Source: the human T2T-CHM13v2.0 reference genome, Homo sapiens
Length of the DNA stretch: 64,000 nucleotides
Assembly (NCBI RefSeq): GCF_009914755.1
Contig: NC_060935.1
Reading direction: 5' to 3' (one strand)
The position numbers and the translations under genes are program-made. Below the pieces are notes generated by a model. The model had not been told where the DNA came from and made no database searches. It worked only from the letters and a program-made list of their open reading frames with translations. Shown piece by piece: positions 44,092 to 64,000 of the stretch; positions within the stretch are counted from its first letter, which is position 1; every line of letters begins with the position of its first letter.

Positions 44092-44893
44092 CTGCAGGAA
44101 ACAGAGGCAAAAAACACTTGCTTACTTCCCAAGTTCCTTCTATTTGTCTCACAGGAACCTTCAGAAAAGGGGGCAATATGAACCGACACTTTCAAAATGT
44201 GAGGAAAGAAAAAAATTATGTTACCAGTTTCATGAGAAATAATGTAAAAATCTGAGTTGATTCAGAAATACTTGCCCTACAAGAGATTACTATTAATCCA
44301 TGTTAAACCCAGTTTCCCTATTCATAGCCCAAACAATTAGCTACAATTAGTTATTTTCTCAATGAGACAGAGGCTATGTCCCTACCAATTACAATTATTC
44401 CTAAATAACCAACAAATGGCACAATAATTTCCACTAAGGAAAAACATTTGGTGCAGGCCAAGTCCAACATCAGGCTTCGCTGCTAAGCTGAAGGAGACAA
44501 GTGCCCACTGTAGAGGCCAGTGAGAGGACTGAGAATGGGCAGTTTCCCTAAACGAATGTACAGGTTAATAAGGCTTCCCTCTGTAAGACTTTTACTACTT
44601 CACCCTTTACCAACAGGACAGAACAGATGAACAAAAAAGAATGACATCCAAAAAATTCAACAGCTGATAAACTGTTTATTCCCAGATTCTTTACTATTCT
44701 CTTCCAAATGTCCCTTCCTAATCAGTATATTATATCATTTCCATGCATATTTCAGATCAAATAAACATCCTCTGGATATTTTCTTCAAAAAGGTCCCCTT
44801 TCTAATATAAGTTTGGGTATTCTTTATGACTATCAGTGTTCTTCAGTTATTGTCCCAAATCAGCAAATGTGTAAATGGCATTTTGACTTTTAA

Positions 44894-45147
<254 letters not shown>

Positions 45148-45820
45148 TAGATGATCCTGCTTTTTACCAAAACCATCAACAAACTCTGTCAACAAACTCT
45201 AAGCCATTCTAAACTAACAAAAAAGTTTAATGCTCTCGAACATCAGATCCCATCTTCTCTCTACCATTAAATTATGGTGAAACCTAATCTTTGCCAATGA
45301 TCTTTCCTCCATTAACCATAATTCCCAAAACGTCAGCACAACAACTAGAATCTGCTCTCTCTTAACAGTTATCACTATATTTATTAGTTTAATAACCTAT
45401 TTTCTGAAGGAAAGGTCTCTATAATCCTTATTATGCAGCCTAAATACTAAATGTTAAGGGTGGCAAACTGTTGCTGAATGATCTCCTGAAATCAACAGAA
45501 TTGGTTATCTTCTAGGAGTCCTAGAGAAAAGGCCTCAGATGGTTAGAAGTCCTTAGAATGTGCTTTTTTGGAAACTTCCCTTCTCTTGTCTTCTGCTGCA
45601 ATGTAGAAGAAGGTAATTATTAAAATTGTTTATAAATATATGAGCGCTCTCCAAAATAAATGGTATGGTGGTATTAAACCAAATGAAAGAACTCATCAAT
45701 ATCTCTACCTGAAAATCAGAAAAATGAACTGCTGAAGCTCTACTGCTTTGAAGGCATGTGGTTGGAAACAGTGCTGAAAAGTCATTAATAGAGTAAAATA
45801 TTTAAAATTATGGATTTCAT

Positions 45821-46410
45821 TAACAGCAACAGGAGGCAGCCAAATGCTGAGGCAGATGGGGTGGGTCCCCGGTGAAACGCCACCTTCAAGCCAAAAACAG
45901 CCTGAAGGCTGAAAGATTGGACTGCTGGTCCCGGATGAAACCCCTGACCTAGAGTGAGAACTTCTATTCCTGTTTGCCCACCCTTTCCCATTGATTCTTC
46001 CTCAATAATGCCTTTTAACCAATCAAATGTTGCCTTTTCCAATACTACCTATGGCCTGCCCTTCCCCTATTCTGAGCCTGTAAGAAGCCGCAGGACTCAG
46101 CCACTTAGAGGGGACTTTCCCACCTTTGGGTAGGGGAACCACCCCTGCATCCCCTCTCCAGTGAAAGCTCTTTCATCAGTCAATAAAACTCCCTGTCTTG
46201 CTCACTCTTGATTGTCAGTGCATCCCCATTCTTTGTGGGCACAGGACAAGAACTCGGGAACCAGCGGGTAAGCCAGACTCGGCCCAAGTGGGCCGAATGG
46301 GAGGGCTGTCTCTGGCAGCAGGTAGCATGGCTGAGGGAGGCCCAGGCAGGGTGTCGCTCGTCAGAGGTCCCTGGCTTGCAGAGTGACTGAGAAGAAAATC
46401 CTGCATCATC
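45821..46410 (+). mobile_element. ERV1 solo LTR (LTR1/LTR27/LTR28-like)
   Basis: caggaggcagccaaatg...gggtccccggtgaaac; CCAAT box, AATAAA, ends aaatcctgcatca. Subfamily uncertain. Confidence 0.65.
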
Positions 46411-46510
46411 AACACTATCACTGCTTCACTTCATTCAAACAATTCTGCCCAACCAGCCACCATAATTCAGGGCTAAGCCCCTTCGGCAGTTAAATTCTTT
46501 AAAAATTTCT

Positions 46511-47300
46511 TATGCAGCCAAAAGACACATGAAAAAATGCTCATCATCACTGGCCATCAGAGAAATGCAAATCAAAACCACAATGAGATACCATCTCACA
46601 CCAGTTAGAATGGTGATCATTAAAAAGTCAGGAAACAACAGGTGCTGGAGAGGATGTGGAGAAATAGGAACACTTTTACACTGTTGGTGGGACTGTAAAC
46701 TAGTTCAACCATTGTGGAAGTCAGTGTGGCGATTCCTCAGGGATCTAGAACTAGAAATACCATTTGACCCAGCCATCCCATTACTGGGTATATACCCAAA
46801 GGATTATAAATCATGCTGCTATAAAGACACATGCACACATATGTTTATTGCAGCACTGTTCACAATAGCAAAGACTTGGAACCAACCCAAATGTCCAACA
46901 ATGATAGACTGGATTAAGAAAATGTGGCACATATACACCATGGAATACTATGCAGCCATAAAAAATGATGAGTTCATGTCCTTTGTAGGGACATGGATGA
47001 AGCTGGAAACCATCATTCTCAGCAAACTATCACAAGGACAAAAAAACCAAACACTGCATGTTCTCACTCATAGGTGGGAACTGAACAATGAGAACACATG
47101 GACACAGGAAGGGGAACATCACACATCGGGACCTGTTGTGGGGTGGGGGGAGGGATAGCATTAGGAGATATACCTAATGTTAAATGACGAGTTAGTAGGT
47201 GCAGCACAACAACATGGCACATGTATACATATGTAACTAACCTGCATGTTATGCACATGTACCCTAAAACTTAAAGTATAATAAAAAAAAAAAAGAAAAA
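46511..47300 (+). mobile_element. 5'-truncated L1PA element (ORF2 C-terminus, 3'UTR, poly-A)
   Basis: ORF 46529-47158 is the L1 ORF2p C-terminus ([19 protein letters not shown]); G-rich 3'UTR; A tail; AAAAATTTCT repeated on both flanks. Confidence 0.95.
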
Positions 47301-47915
47301 AAAATTTCTGTTCCCAAGGGAACATCCAAATTCTTTAACAAAGAATACTACCATAATTACCATAATTCAATCTCCTGGACTTGCTTTGGTTTCCATTTTT
47401 GGCAGGGAGGGGAAAACTGATTTATAATTTTGGTCTCTCACAACAAATTCAAAGGATTAGAAAAAATGTAAAATGCAATATAATTTGAGAAAACTTTACT
47501 AAAACACCTTAACACAAGGAAGAAAAAACATTAGATCGTTTCTGTAACCATTAAAATTTTTTTTCTAGTAGAGAGGTAGTCTCACTATGTTGCTCAGGCT
47601 GGTCTCAAATTCCAGGCTCAAGCTATCCTCCTTCCTCAGCCTCCTGGAGTGCTGGGATTACAGGCATGAGCCACTGTGCCTGGCATCCCACCTATTTGCT
47701 ATTGCAAAAAACAAAAACAAAAGAAACAAAAAAACCTCAAAGTATAGGAATCTGCTATAATTCCTGGTTTGTAACAGGAGTGGTGGCCCAGCTCATGCTT
47801 CAGTGAGCATACATCCTCCTTTTCCATTGCTCCATGTTGCCCATCTCATCTTCAAATTACAGTATTAGGCAGGAAGCTTTTGGTAGATCTTTTTTTTTTG
47901 TATTTGGGTATTTTT

Positions 47916-51115
<3,200 letters not shown>

Positions 51116-51175
51116 TGTATTCGGATATTTTTAAAGTTCAAGCAAAATAAGGCAAAATGCCTTACAGCTTGGTTC

Positions 51176-51770
51176 TGTGTAGTAAAGAATTAACTTTACC
51201 CAGAGAGGCCACGCCTTTGCCCTTGGCTCCTGGAGGTGATGTCTAAGCCCTCAGAACTTCCTGACTAATTAGAGTGTTCTTTATCTACACCAGACAGTCT
51301 AACAGTGTGATTTATGGGGGGGTCTGGGCCATGCAGTGATAGGTAACAGCTCAACCTCTGGAGGAGCTGGAGACTAAAGGTCAGCCTCACAGGCAGTCAA
51401 TGGTGTCTATATGACCAAGTCCTGATAAAAACTCTAGATCCAAGGCTCAGGTGAGCTACCTTGGTGGGTAATACTCCATGCATAATGATACATACTGTTA
51501 CTGGGAAAAGTCAGCACTGCCTATGACTCCACTGGGAGAAGACAACTAGAAGCTTTGCACTTGAAACTTTCTGGGTTGCCCACGTGTCTTTCCTCAGCCT
51601 ATTTTAATCTGTATCTTTTGCCATAAGTCATAACTGTGAGTATAATAGCTTTCAGTGAGCTTTTAAAGTCCTTCTAGATAATTATAGAACTTTAGGGTGG
51701 CCTTGGGAAACCATGAACTTGCAATGAGTGTCAGAAGTGCAGGTGGTTTTGTGAACTTCCAAACTTTACA
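51176..51770 (+). mobile_element. MER21-like LTR
   Basis: tgtgtagtaaagaatt...ctggagactaaaggtcagcc...gtgagtataatagctttcagtgag; resemblance recalled only. Confidence 0.55.
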
Positions 51771-54700
51771 GGTCCTTAACTAAAGAGTATTTTCTTACCT
51801 AATCAAGAACTTGCTCTTCATGGCAATTTGTAGAATAAGTCGGTCTACTTCAAATGAGGCCATATAAAAAGGCAACACATCTTTCCACACTCACTGAACA
51901 TACAGATTAAAATACGTCAGAGAGTGAGCTCTCTTTCACAGACTTAATATGAATTAAAGTCTTAGCTGTTCAGTCATCTGGACAGAATTTAGACCGAATA
52001 AAAATCTCTAATTTCTTATACTGTACTTAAAAAGTCCTTTAAAGAAAGTGAAAAAGAGCCAATTTCTACAAGAGTTTGGTTTAGAATTTCATATCCAAAG
52101 GATGATTCATGATATGATGACTATTGAAGATTTCATTAAGTCCCCAGTTTATAGTAAGGCTGCATTAGCAAAAGGAATTTTAAAACCTTTCTAGAAGAAC
52201 CTGTCTTATAATCTATATGAAATATTATGATGGTTCTTGTGAGACAGGAAGGAAAATCCTTCTCCCATAGATTACGTACCTAAATGATATGTCTATAATT
52301 AAGCATTCAATCACATGCAACAGTGGTGGTATTCCATTCATTGGCACAGAAGTTATCAGAACTAATGAAAACTTAAGAGTCTTTTTATAGTTAGTGAATT
52401 TTTCACACATAAACACATCAACATACTTTGTTAAAGCTATTATATCTGGTCTAATGGGTCAAATTATACTGATGCTAAATTTTTAAATCCTTATTTTTAA
52501 AAACACACATTTAAATCCTGGAATTTACATTCTGTTTCTCTTTATAGAATATGTTCAGGCAAATGCTACCATAATACCACCAAATAAGTCCTTGCCAAGA
52601 CTTTCCAGCCAAAGTCATTAACCCTCAAAATAAGAACCAAGCCGAGGCAGCAGTCGCTTGGCCTATAAAGGTCACAGTTCACCTGAGGAAGTTACAAACA
52701 CCAAGATTAGACCTAGTCTTATCTCTATCACACATAGACTTCACTGTGAAGTATATCTAAACTTTAAAAAATCGAACTACTTTGTAAAAAAAAAAAAAGG
52801 AATTATAACTAAGATCTGAAATAAGAAAGTAAAAAAAGAAAAACCCAGAGTTTTTCAAAGAAGTAAAAGAAAAACTCATCAAAGTTCAAAATTCGATGAA
52901 CCATGCCACTTTAAGATAATGTTTATGCAAACAAATAAGAAAAAAGATTTGGTGGAAGATTCTCATCTACTTTGTGAACACTTACCAAACCAAACTTTCT
53001 TCTCAAACATCTTAGAAGAAATTTGAATATTCTCTATACCTGCTATAACAAGAATAAGAAGAGTTTTTGGCAAACTGCCATACCCCAAGTCCCCAACACA
53101 CTGACCTTTTTACTCAAGCAGAGTCAGATTTCAAAAGTGCCCTTCTACAATTCCAGATTAGCAGTTGAAGAGCTAACAGACTTTGAGTAACAATCTTAAG
53201 CAAAACTTCCTTTAAATGTCAGGTAGGATCTGATCTCCAAACTTAATCCTTAGGAAATAAGATATAATTTTTCTAGTATTAGGAAACCAACACTCTACAC
53301 TCAATGGACCCAAAAATTCATTGAATAATTTATGCAAGTATATTCACAGTGCACTAGTATACACTACCTGATTTAAAGCCACTATTTAAACACTTAAGAC
53401 ACCCGGTTTCATTTATCTCCTAAGAGTATTTACAAACGATCACTACTTCCTGGAACTCAAATGAAGCTATTTTATATTAGAGAAAGAATCCATAAGCCCA
53501 AAGTAAACTATAACTCAACGATAATTTTTCTGACCTCACCCTTAATCAGCAAAAGTAAACTACCTGCCCAGCATTTTTACTCCTGGATGTTACTTGCTCA
53601 GGCCCACATAATGGTCCTAGGTCTGGCATCTGTGCTACACAGCAAACTATGGAGCCCAAGTAATCCCACACAGTAGCTTACTGACCATCTATTTAGAAAC
53701 TAGACCGAGAACATATGAGGATTATTTTTCTTTCATAATAAAAAACAAAAAACAGGTCTATCTCTGAAGAAGGAAGAACATTTCAGACAACTGTATGAGC
53801 AAAGGAGTTCTGATCTGTGCTATTAAGTGCAAACACTGCAAATCCATTACATGGCTTACAAAAGTCCTTTTTATTTATAGTGTATGAATATGTAAGCTTC
53901 TAATACTACTTACAGGCTTTGTGCAGGCTATGGAGCTTTTCTTCCAAAGAAATTAGGGGGCCTCAATTTATCTTTTAAACACTCAGAAAAATGCGCTTTA
54001 CTTGAGCTCTAGAAAGTTTCTATCAACACAATCAATAAGAAAAAATTTAAAGAAAGCTATCAGCAGGTTTACACTTCTTGAAAATAAACACACACCACAA
54101 AAAAAGTTTAAATTCATTTACATAAAAATTAAAGTTTTCAAAAGTGAAGGTAAGTAGGTATAAGTCTTGCTAAAATGAGACAGCAAAATAATAACTACTC
54201 CAAAAAAGAAACAGTGTGACAAAATCATTCAGCTATCATAGTAAGTCATAAAAGATGAAAGATGCTACCTGGTAGGCATAAGCACAAAAGCCAATAAATC
54301 TGAAGGAGAGTTAAAATTCTATTCTTAAAAAAATGAATCAGAATCAAAGTAATTCCATTAAAATTAACGTTTTGTGAAAAGACTAATTTAAGAATCTATT
54401 ATGTTAGAGGTATTCTATAGGAATAACGACAGGAAGCCAAATGAATCAGCTTCTCCTACCTTTCCTTTACTAACAAAATAAAAATCATTTGTTAACTTAC
54501 ACAATAGCTTTTTTAAAAGCTTTCAAATCTATCATTATTGCTTTGAATTTCTGTTATCATTATTTCTGTTATCATTATTGCTTTGGCAGAAAAGGATTTA
54601 ACATTTAGCAGACTAAACTCTCAGCATTTAAATTTCACTCATGACTCACTGACTGTCCAGGATTGGAAGAAAACGCTACTTATCCTGAAGATGAGGCAGT

Positions 54701-56355
54701 TATTCCCAAAGGAAGTCTGTGAAAGGTGTGGGGAAGAGGCACCCAAACCTGCACACAAGCAAGCGTGCACTAGTAAACCCACATGGGCTGGGTGCCTTGG
54801 GTGCCATATCCTGAAAGTACAGTTTCTGTAGGCCAAACACTTAATCTAGGATGGCCAGAGGGAAGAACAGCATTGGATAAGACAGTCAAGAAAAACTTGT
54901 CATGTTTACTAGCTTCTGTCCTCAAAGAAATATTAACAGGTAAGCTCTCTTATTTTTCTTCACCTTTTCCTTTCTTTATCTAAATATTCAGTATGGACTA
55001 AAGAGTGGAAACTACAGAAACACATCATTCAGCTGCAGCATTTTCAGGGTTTTCCACTCCCACATTTTTAAACAACACTTTAACAAAGGTAAAACTGGTC
55101 CCTGAATCTCTGTTAATAGCACCCTTCCAAACTTACTGTTTCTGATCCTTGTTTATTTGATTTTTAGGAACAAAATCTTAAAATGACATTTTTAAAACTC
55201 AGAGGTTGAAATATACAGTATTTATGAAGTTTTACCAAGAAAAATTCTGTGGTAGGTATTGGCTTTAACCGGGAATAAACACCTACTCTTCAATTTTACT
55301 ATTATTAAACTGCAACTACTGAAAGGTCAAACTGTGTATATGTTAAAGGCCTAAAGCCTAGGATTCAGAGCTATAAATCAACTACAATCGTCTATATAGC
55401 TTTTTAAAATAAGTCAACCTTCAAAAGAGAACTTTCACCACTGCTGAGACTGGAGTAAGGAATCACCAAAGCCTTTTAACTTCCTCTTTTTTTACCAGGG
55501 GCAGGGGTGGTGGTTGTGGTAGAGAAACTTCATGGTGGCTCACCTGGTGCCCATCCATACCCACTATTTTTCAGGGATCTTGTATGTGAAACTGATTAAG
55601 ATAGGTATAGTCAGTTTATGTTTTGCTCCTACAGTAACAGGAAAAAGAATCTTTGTGTTAAGTTTCAATGCATACTACCAGTTAGGTTTTTTTTTTTTTT
55701 TTTGCTACATGAATTGGTTTGTTCCTTCATTATTCACCGACTACCACCTCCTCATTCCCCTAGTTAGTTTTCAAAACACTATGTAAACTGAGGTTGAAGA
55801 TGTCTATAGCACTCTGATAAAAGGACTCTACATAGATCAAGGCTGAGGCAGGAGAATGGCGTGAACCTGGAGGGCGGAGCTTGCAGTGAGCTGAGATTGC
55901 ATCACTGCACTCCAGCCTGGGCAACAGAGTGAGACTCCGTCTCAAAAAAAAAAAAAAAGTACTCTACAGAGATCAAATAAACCTGGAGATTCTGGCACAA
56001 GCACAGCTGACAGTACATCCTCCAAAGGGAGGGGCCAATTAGTCCACTGACATTCCTCACACATAAATTCACAACATATGGAAGTGTCACTGAGTGGAAC
56101 ACCATTCTCTTCTGGGTACCATACTATATACTAATATTTTTGAACATCTGGTAAATTTTAAATCTTTCTTAATTCAGATTACACCATAAAATTAAAATCC
56201 AGGCTGGGTGAGGTGGCTTATGCCTGTAATCCCAGCACTTTGGGAGGCCGAGGCAGGTGGATCACCTGAGGTTAGGAGATTGACCAGCCTGGCTAACATA
56301 CAAAATACAAAAATTAGTGGGTGTGGTGGCACATGCCTATAGTCTCAGCTACTCA

Positions 56356-56544
<189 letters not shown>

Positions 56545-56721
56545 TCAAAAAGAACAAGGGAGCCTAGTGCAGTGACTCACATCTGTAATCCGGGAGGCCA
56601 GCACGGGTGGATCACTTGAATCTAGGAGTTCAAGGCCAGCCTGGGCAATACAAAAATTAGCCGGGCATGGTGGTATGTGTCTACAGTCCTAGCTACTCAG
56701 GAGGCTGAGGTGGGAGGATCA

Positions 56722-57229
<508 letters not shown>

Positions 57230-58049
57230 CTAAATGATACTTTTATGTTTCTGCTTTCCTTTAAGTCTAAAGTTCAACAGACTACTAAATGTTCAACTAA
57301 TGAAATATGATGAAAAAAATCAAATCAAGTAGGTAAAGATCAAAGGGTAGAAAAACAATATATATTAAAGGATATCCTAAATTATCATAAAATAATTTGC
57401 CTCTAGCCTATATGCCTAAGACAGTACTCTTGAAAATGTAGAGTAAAATATTAGTTGATTTGATTACCCGTTCAAAAATCATAAACATGAGATCTGATTC
57501 CACATATACCATTTTCCACACATTTCTATTCTTTGGATATATGGAAATCATCTAAGCTATAAAAAAATGCTTCGTACCTAATGTAATGAAACAAGTTAAT
57601 ATAAAAAAGATCTTTGTAAACTAAGGTTCTCTACAAATCAAAAGGATTATACTATTATTTCAGTGAGAAACAGGGTGACAAACAGCACTATTCCTATTTT
57701 ATTGATAATGCTGAACCAAAATAAGAGAGCTTCACCAGATTTAGTGTGCTTTGCTTATGGATTAAAGACCTTTTATCATTTAGGTTTCTAACTCCAATCA
57801 TTTCATTATATTGTAGTTACATTAATGACAAATACATTTTAATAAATCAAAACCACACCACTGGAACCTGAATAGTGTGTATCAATGAGAAAAACGGTGG
57901 AAATAACCCTTTATGGGGTGGGGGGATGACATTTACATCAGACCTCAGGATGGTTACAAGTTATCAGAAAACATAACAGAAAAATAAACTTCACAAGATT
58001 CTATGTTCATTCAGGAACTCAGCAAATCTCTTCAACAGCAAACTTCTAT

Positions 58050-59160
58050 ATACCAAGCACTCTTCTGGATGTTGAGTGTGTGGGTGGGGGGTTGGAGGGG
58101 GGATTGGTGGTGGTGGCAGCAAATTGGTAAGGATAGGCCTGGCTGATCCATGCACAGAAATAGGCCGTGGACAAATCCTAAGACAGGAGACCAGTAGGAG
58201 ATGAGGTCAGAAAAGTAATGGGGAAGAGGGCAGGATCATGTAGGGCCTTCTGGGCCCAAGAACTTTGGACTGAACTCTGAGTGAAACAGGAAATCACTTG
58301 AAGGTTTTGAGCAGAGGAGTGATACAATTTATTTATATTTTATTAGGATCACTCTAGCTGCTGTGTCAAAAAAGAGAGATGTAGGGGGACAAGGAAAGAA
58401 GCAGAGAAATCTTGTGGAAGGCTTTTGAAGTAAATTAGATGAGCCATAATGGTGACTTGGATCAGCACTGGATATGATCAGATTCTAGATATATTTTGAA
58501 GACAAGAGGATTTCCTGATGAGGAGTCAAGGATGACTCCAAAGAGTATAGAGTAGGTAACAATGGAGATGGGGCAGGTGTTAGGAAGATTGAGAATTCGG
58601 TTTTGGTTGAGTTTGAGATGCCTATTAAACATCCAAGTAGAGATACTGAAAAGGCAGCTGGATATAACAATCTCGAGTTCAGGAGAGAGGTATAGGTCAG
58701 AGACATAAATTTGAGAACTGGGGGCACAGAGATGGTATTTAAAGCTATTGAACTGGTGGAAATTATCAGGAGAGTGAGGATAGAGAGTGCCAAGGAGACT
58801 AAGCCAGGGTCACACCAATGTTAAGAAAAATGGAAGAACTTGCAGAGGAGACTAAGTATGAATACCCATGAGACAGGAAGAAAATAAAATGAGCATGGTG
58901 TTTTGGAAAACAAGAGGAAAGTGTATCAAGGAGGAAGTAACCAACTGTGTCAAATGCTGCTGATAGGACAAGTAAGATGAGAATAGTAACTATCCATTGG
59001 ATGTAACCTCAAAAAGTTATTGGTAATCATGACCAGTTTTAGCAAAATGGTATGAGAAAAAGTCCAAAAGGAGGTTTAAGAGAAAAACGGAGAAGAGGTA
59101 CTGAAGATAACAAAGAGAGTTACTTCAAGGAGTTATTCAGAGAAGAATGAAGACATCCAA
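58050..59160 (-). mobile_element. L2 LINE remnant
   Basis: Characteristic motifs such as gagtttgagatgcctattaaacatccaagt and gtgtcaaatgctgctga. Confidence 0.7.
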
Positions 59161-59204
59161 TAGTGGTGGCAGGAAAAGTGGAATAGAGAAGAGGATTCTT
59201 TTTT

Positions 59205-59388
59205 AAATATATATATATAAAATATATATATTTATATATGATATATAATTATATATTTATATATTATATATATTTTATATATATTTATATATATCATATA
59301 TATTTATATTTATATATTTATTTATATATATTTATATATTTATATTTATGTATATTTATATATGTTTATATATAAATATGTTTATATT

Positions 59389-59442
<54 letters not shown>
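59205..59442. repeat. Long AT-rich (TA)n tract abutting an Alu poly-T tail
   Basis: Read directly. Confidence 0.95.
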
Positions 59443-59473
<31 letters not shown>

Positions 59474-59764
59474 CCTGAGATGGAGTCCCACTCTATTGCC
59501 CAGGCTGGAGTATAGTTGTCTGATCTCAGCTCACTGCAACCTCTGCCTCCAGGGTTCAAGCAATTCTCCTGCCTCAGCTTCTTGAGTAGCTAGGATTACA
59601 GGCGTGCGCCACCACGCCCGGCTAATTTTTTTGTATTTTTAGTAGAGACAGGGTTTCACCATGTTGGCCAGGCTGGTCTCCAACTCCTGACCTCGCAATC
59701 TGCCCGCCTTGGCCTCCCAAAGTGCTGGGATTACAGGTGTGAGCCACTGTGCCTGGCCTAAAAA

Positions 59765-61820
<2,056 letters not shown>

Positions 61821-62534
61821 GGACTCTTTAAGGCTTTTTTAGGGCATGGTTCTCTGTGCTGATGAGTCATCCAGTAGAGAACAAAACTTGAGAGGAAGGA
61901 ACTGCTGAAGTGATGCCCCTGAGTACATTAGAGGGGATAAGGTCTAGTGGAGAAATCAGCTTTAGATAGAAGCAAAGATAACCAACTTATGGTAACAGGG
62001 AGAAGGCAGATATGGTGGTGCAGGTAGTGGGAGATAGGCATAGGTGAAGGCTGGAGTCTAAAGAAATTCTCTCACTGCCTTAGTTTTTTTAGTTGAAGAA
62101 AATTATATTTCAGGTAACGCTAATAAGCAAACACAAAAAGCAAAAACTACTGGTCTTCAATCATTTGTCTGATTTGACCTGCTCATATTAACCCATTTTA
62201 CTTTCTTCTCTTAATGATGGTGATCTGTTTTCACATATAACCAAGCTAGGAAAATCTATGTATCTGCTAATAGTTCAACACATGTTTGGCTCACAAATAA
62301 AACTATGTGATCAAAAGAAAGATTGATGAGTTAATCAGATTTATTTTCATGCCCTGGTAGAAGGTTCATTTATATGTTAAGTCATTTACTTCAAGTTTAA
62401 GATTATAGTACATTATTATAGGTTTTCCTCTAAGAAGAAAGAGTAGTCCAAAATTCACAAGTGAAATGTGCTTTTCACAACAGGGAGTTAGACTTTGCTT
62501 ATATGGTGAAACACAAGTTTTCAAGGGTACTTAC

Positions 62535-62626
62535 CAACAGTGGTCACAGGAGGCTGAGAAGGGTACTGAGAACTTGTTGTGGCAGGATATGGACCACCAG
62601 GTGGGTAAGGACAGCCTGGGTAACCA
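62535..62626 (-). CDS. TSG101: TSG101 proline-rich exon (92 nt)
   Basis: GYPGCPYPPGGPYPATTSSQYPSQPPVTTV(G); ttag acceptor, GTAAGT donor; phase matches the next exon. Confidence 0.95.
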
Positions 62627-64000
62627 CTAAAGACAAGAACAAAAAACATTTAACATTTAAGATGACCCAACCTTATAGTATTTTGAAGAACCCCATTCAG
62701 GAAGTTAAGTTTGACATATGGTTGTTTTACCAGTTGATGAATTTATAGTCTTGGAGCTGCAAGTGTTTATTCAAGTAAAGCTCTATGGAAATTGTATTAA
62801 TGACACTGCATTTACTCTTAAATGGCTAAATGCTCTTGCTTGGTCCCAGTTATATGAGAGTCACCCTCATAGCAGCGGAAATGTAACTAGAGTATTTCTA
62901 AGGACAATCCAACAGCATCAGAAGCAACAAGTAATTTGTGAGAGAACTTTTCCGATTTCTCAGTCTGTGGGAAAATGATACTATTTAATTTGTACCTGTG
63001 GCTTATTGGTAACCTTTGGGGATATTTAACCCGAAAACACTTGTCTTTAAATAGTTTTTTTCCTCTTTTGATAACATTCGTACCAAACTCATCTTTAGTT
63101 TAAAAAAAAACCTTTTTTCTCACTTTCTGGACAGTTTCTGTCATTCATGTATTCGTATCAAAGTCAGAGGAACTTTCCTTAGAGGTATTCTACTCCAATC
63201 ACCTTTCCAACAATCTCTTATCTACACACATCATTTATAACATCCCTGACAAATGGTCATCTTTCTCTATTTAACATTAAACATCATTTCAATATAATTT
63301 ATAAATAGGAGTCCTAAATTTGCATTTTGGAAGACACTCAACTATTTGGAGACTCCTAAAACTCGAATATTTGAGAACTTCTAACATTTTTCCCTCAAGC
63401 TTCTCTTCTTCAGGTTAAATTTTTTTTTTTTTTTTTTTTGAGACGGAGTCTCGCCCTGTTGCTCAGGCTGGAGTGCAGTGGTGTGATCTCAGCTCACTGC
63501 AAGCTCCACTTCCTGGGTTCACGCCATTCTCCTGCCACAGCCTCCTGAGTAGCTGGGACTATAGGTGCCCGCCACCACACCCGGCTAATTTTTTGTATTT
63601 TTAGTAGAGACGGGGTTTCACCATGTTAGCCAGGATGGTCTCAATCTCCTGACCTCGTGATTCACCCGCCTCAGCCTCCCAAACTGCTGGGATTACAGCT
63701 GTGAGCCACCGCACCCAGCCCTAACTATTCTTAATTCCTTTAACCATTTGTCTCAGGACATGATTTTCAGATCTAATTGCTTTCCTCTGAATGCTTACTA
63801 GTCAGTGTTTCCCTTACAACGAAGAAGAAAATTAGAATAGGATGATTACTGGCCACCTGGTTAGTTAGACAATAAATCTCAATTAATCCTATTTTAGCTA
63901 TAATTATCAATTCTATGACATTTGCCTTTTACAAGCGCATTAAAATTACTGATTAAAAAGAGCTAGCCCAGGCTGGGTGCAGTGGATCACACCTGTAATC

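Noticed and set aside
43931-44255. Plus-strand ORFs opposite a TSG101 exon
   Set aside because: Antisense shadows of the real coding exon; no independent support.
46529-47158. 209-aa ORF as a host gene
   Set aside because: It is the ORF2p C-terminus of a 5'-truncated L1PA.
54531-54585. Short local repeats (atcattattgctttg, atttctgttatcatt)
   Set aside because: Ordinary slippage duplication in an AT-rich intron.

Overview
Primate (very likely human, 11p15.1) genomic DNA, dense in Alu elements. It holds the last two coding exons of LDHC (+), the complete 7-coding-exon LDHAL6A gene (+, 999-nt CDS) with its CpG-island promoter, and the last four coding exons of TSG101 (-), which converges on LDHAL6A. 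The introns carry a WBP2 processed pseudogene plus a ~375-bp local copy of it, a full-length YWHAB (14-3-3 beta) processed pseudogene with target-site duplication, and many Alu, L1, L2 and LTR elements. Two observations stand out. (1) An intact upstream exon (16164-16301) could splice in frame onto LDHAL6A, adding a 49-aa presequence-like N-terminus colinear with the extension of the retrogene LDHAL6B. This implies a hidden 381-aa, possibly mitochondrial, isoform switchable by alternative 5' splice sites. (2) An antisense insert in an LDHAL6A intron matches the pri-miR-30a 3' flank, starting at the Drosha 3' cut site, which suggests a retrocopy of a Microprocessor cleavage product. Gene and family identities come from recalled sequences, not database searches. 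Repeat boundaries are approximate.
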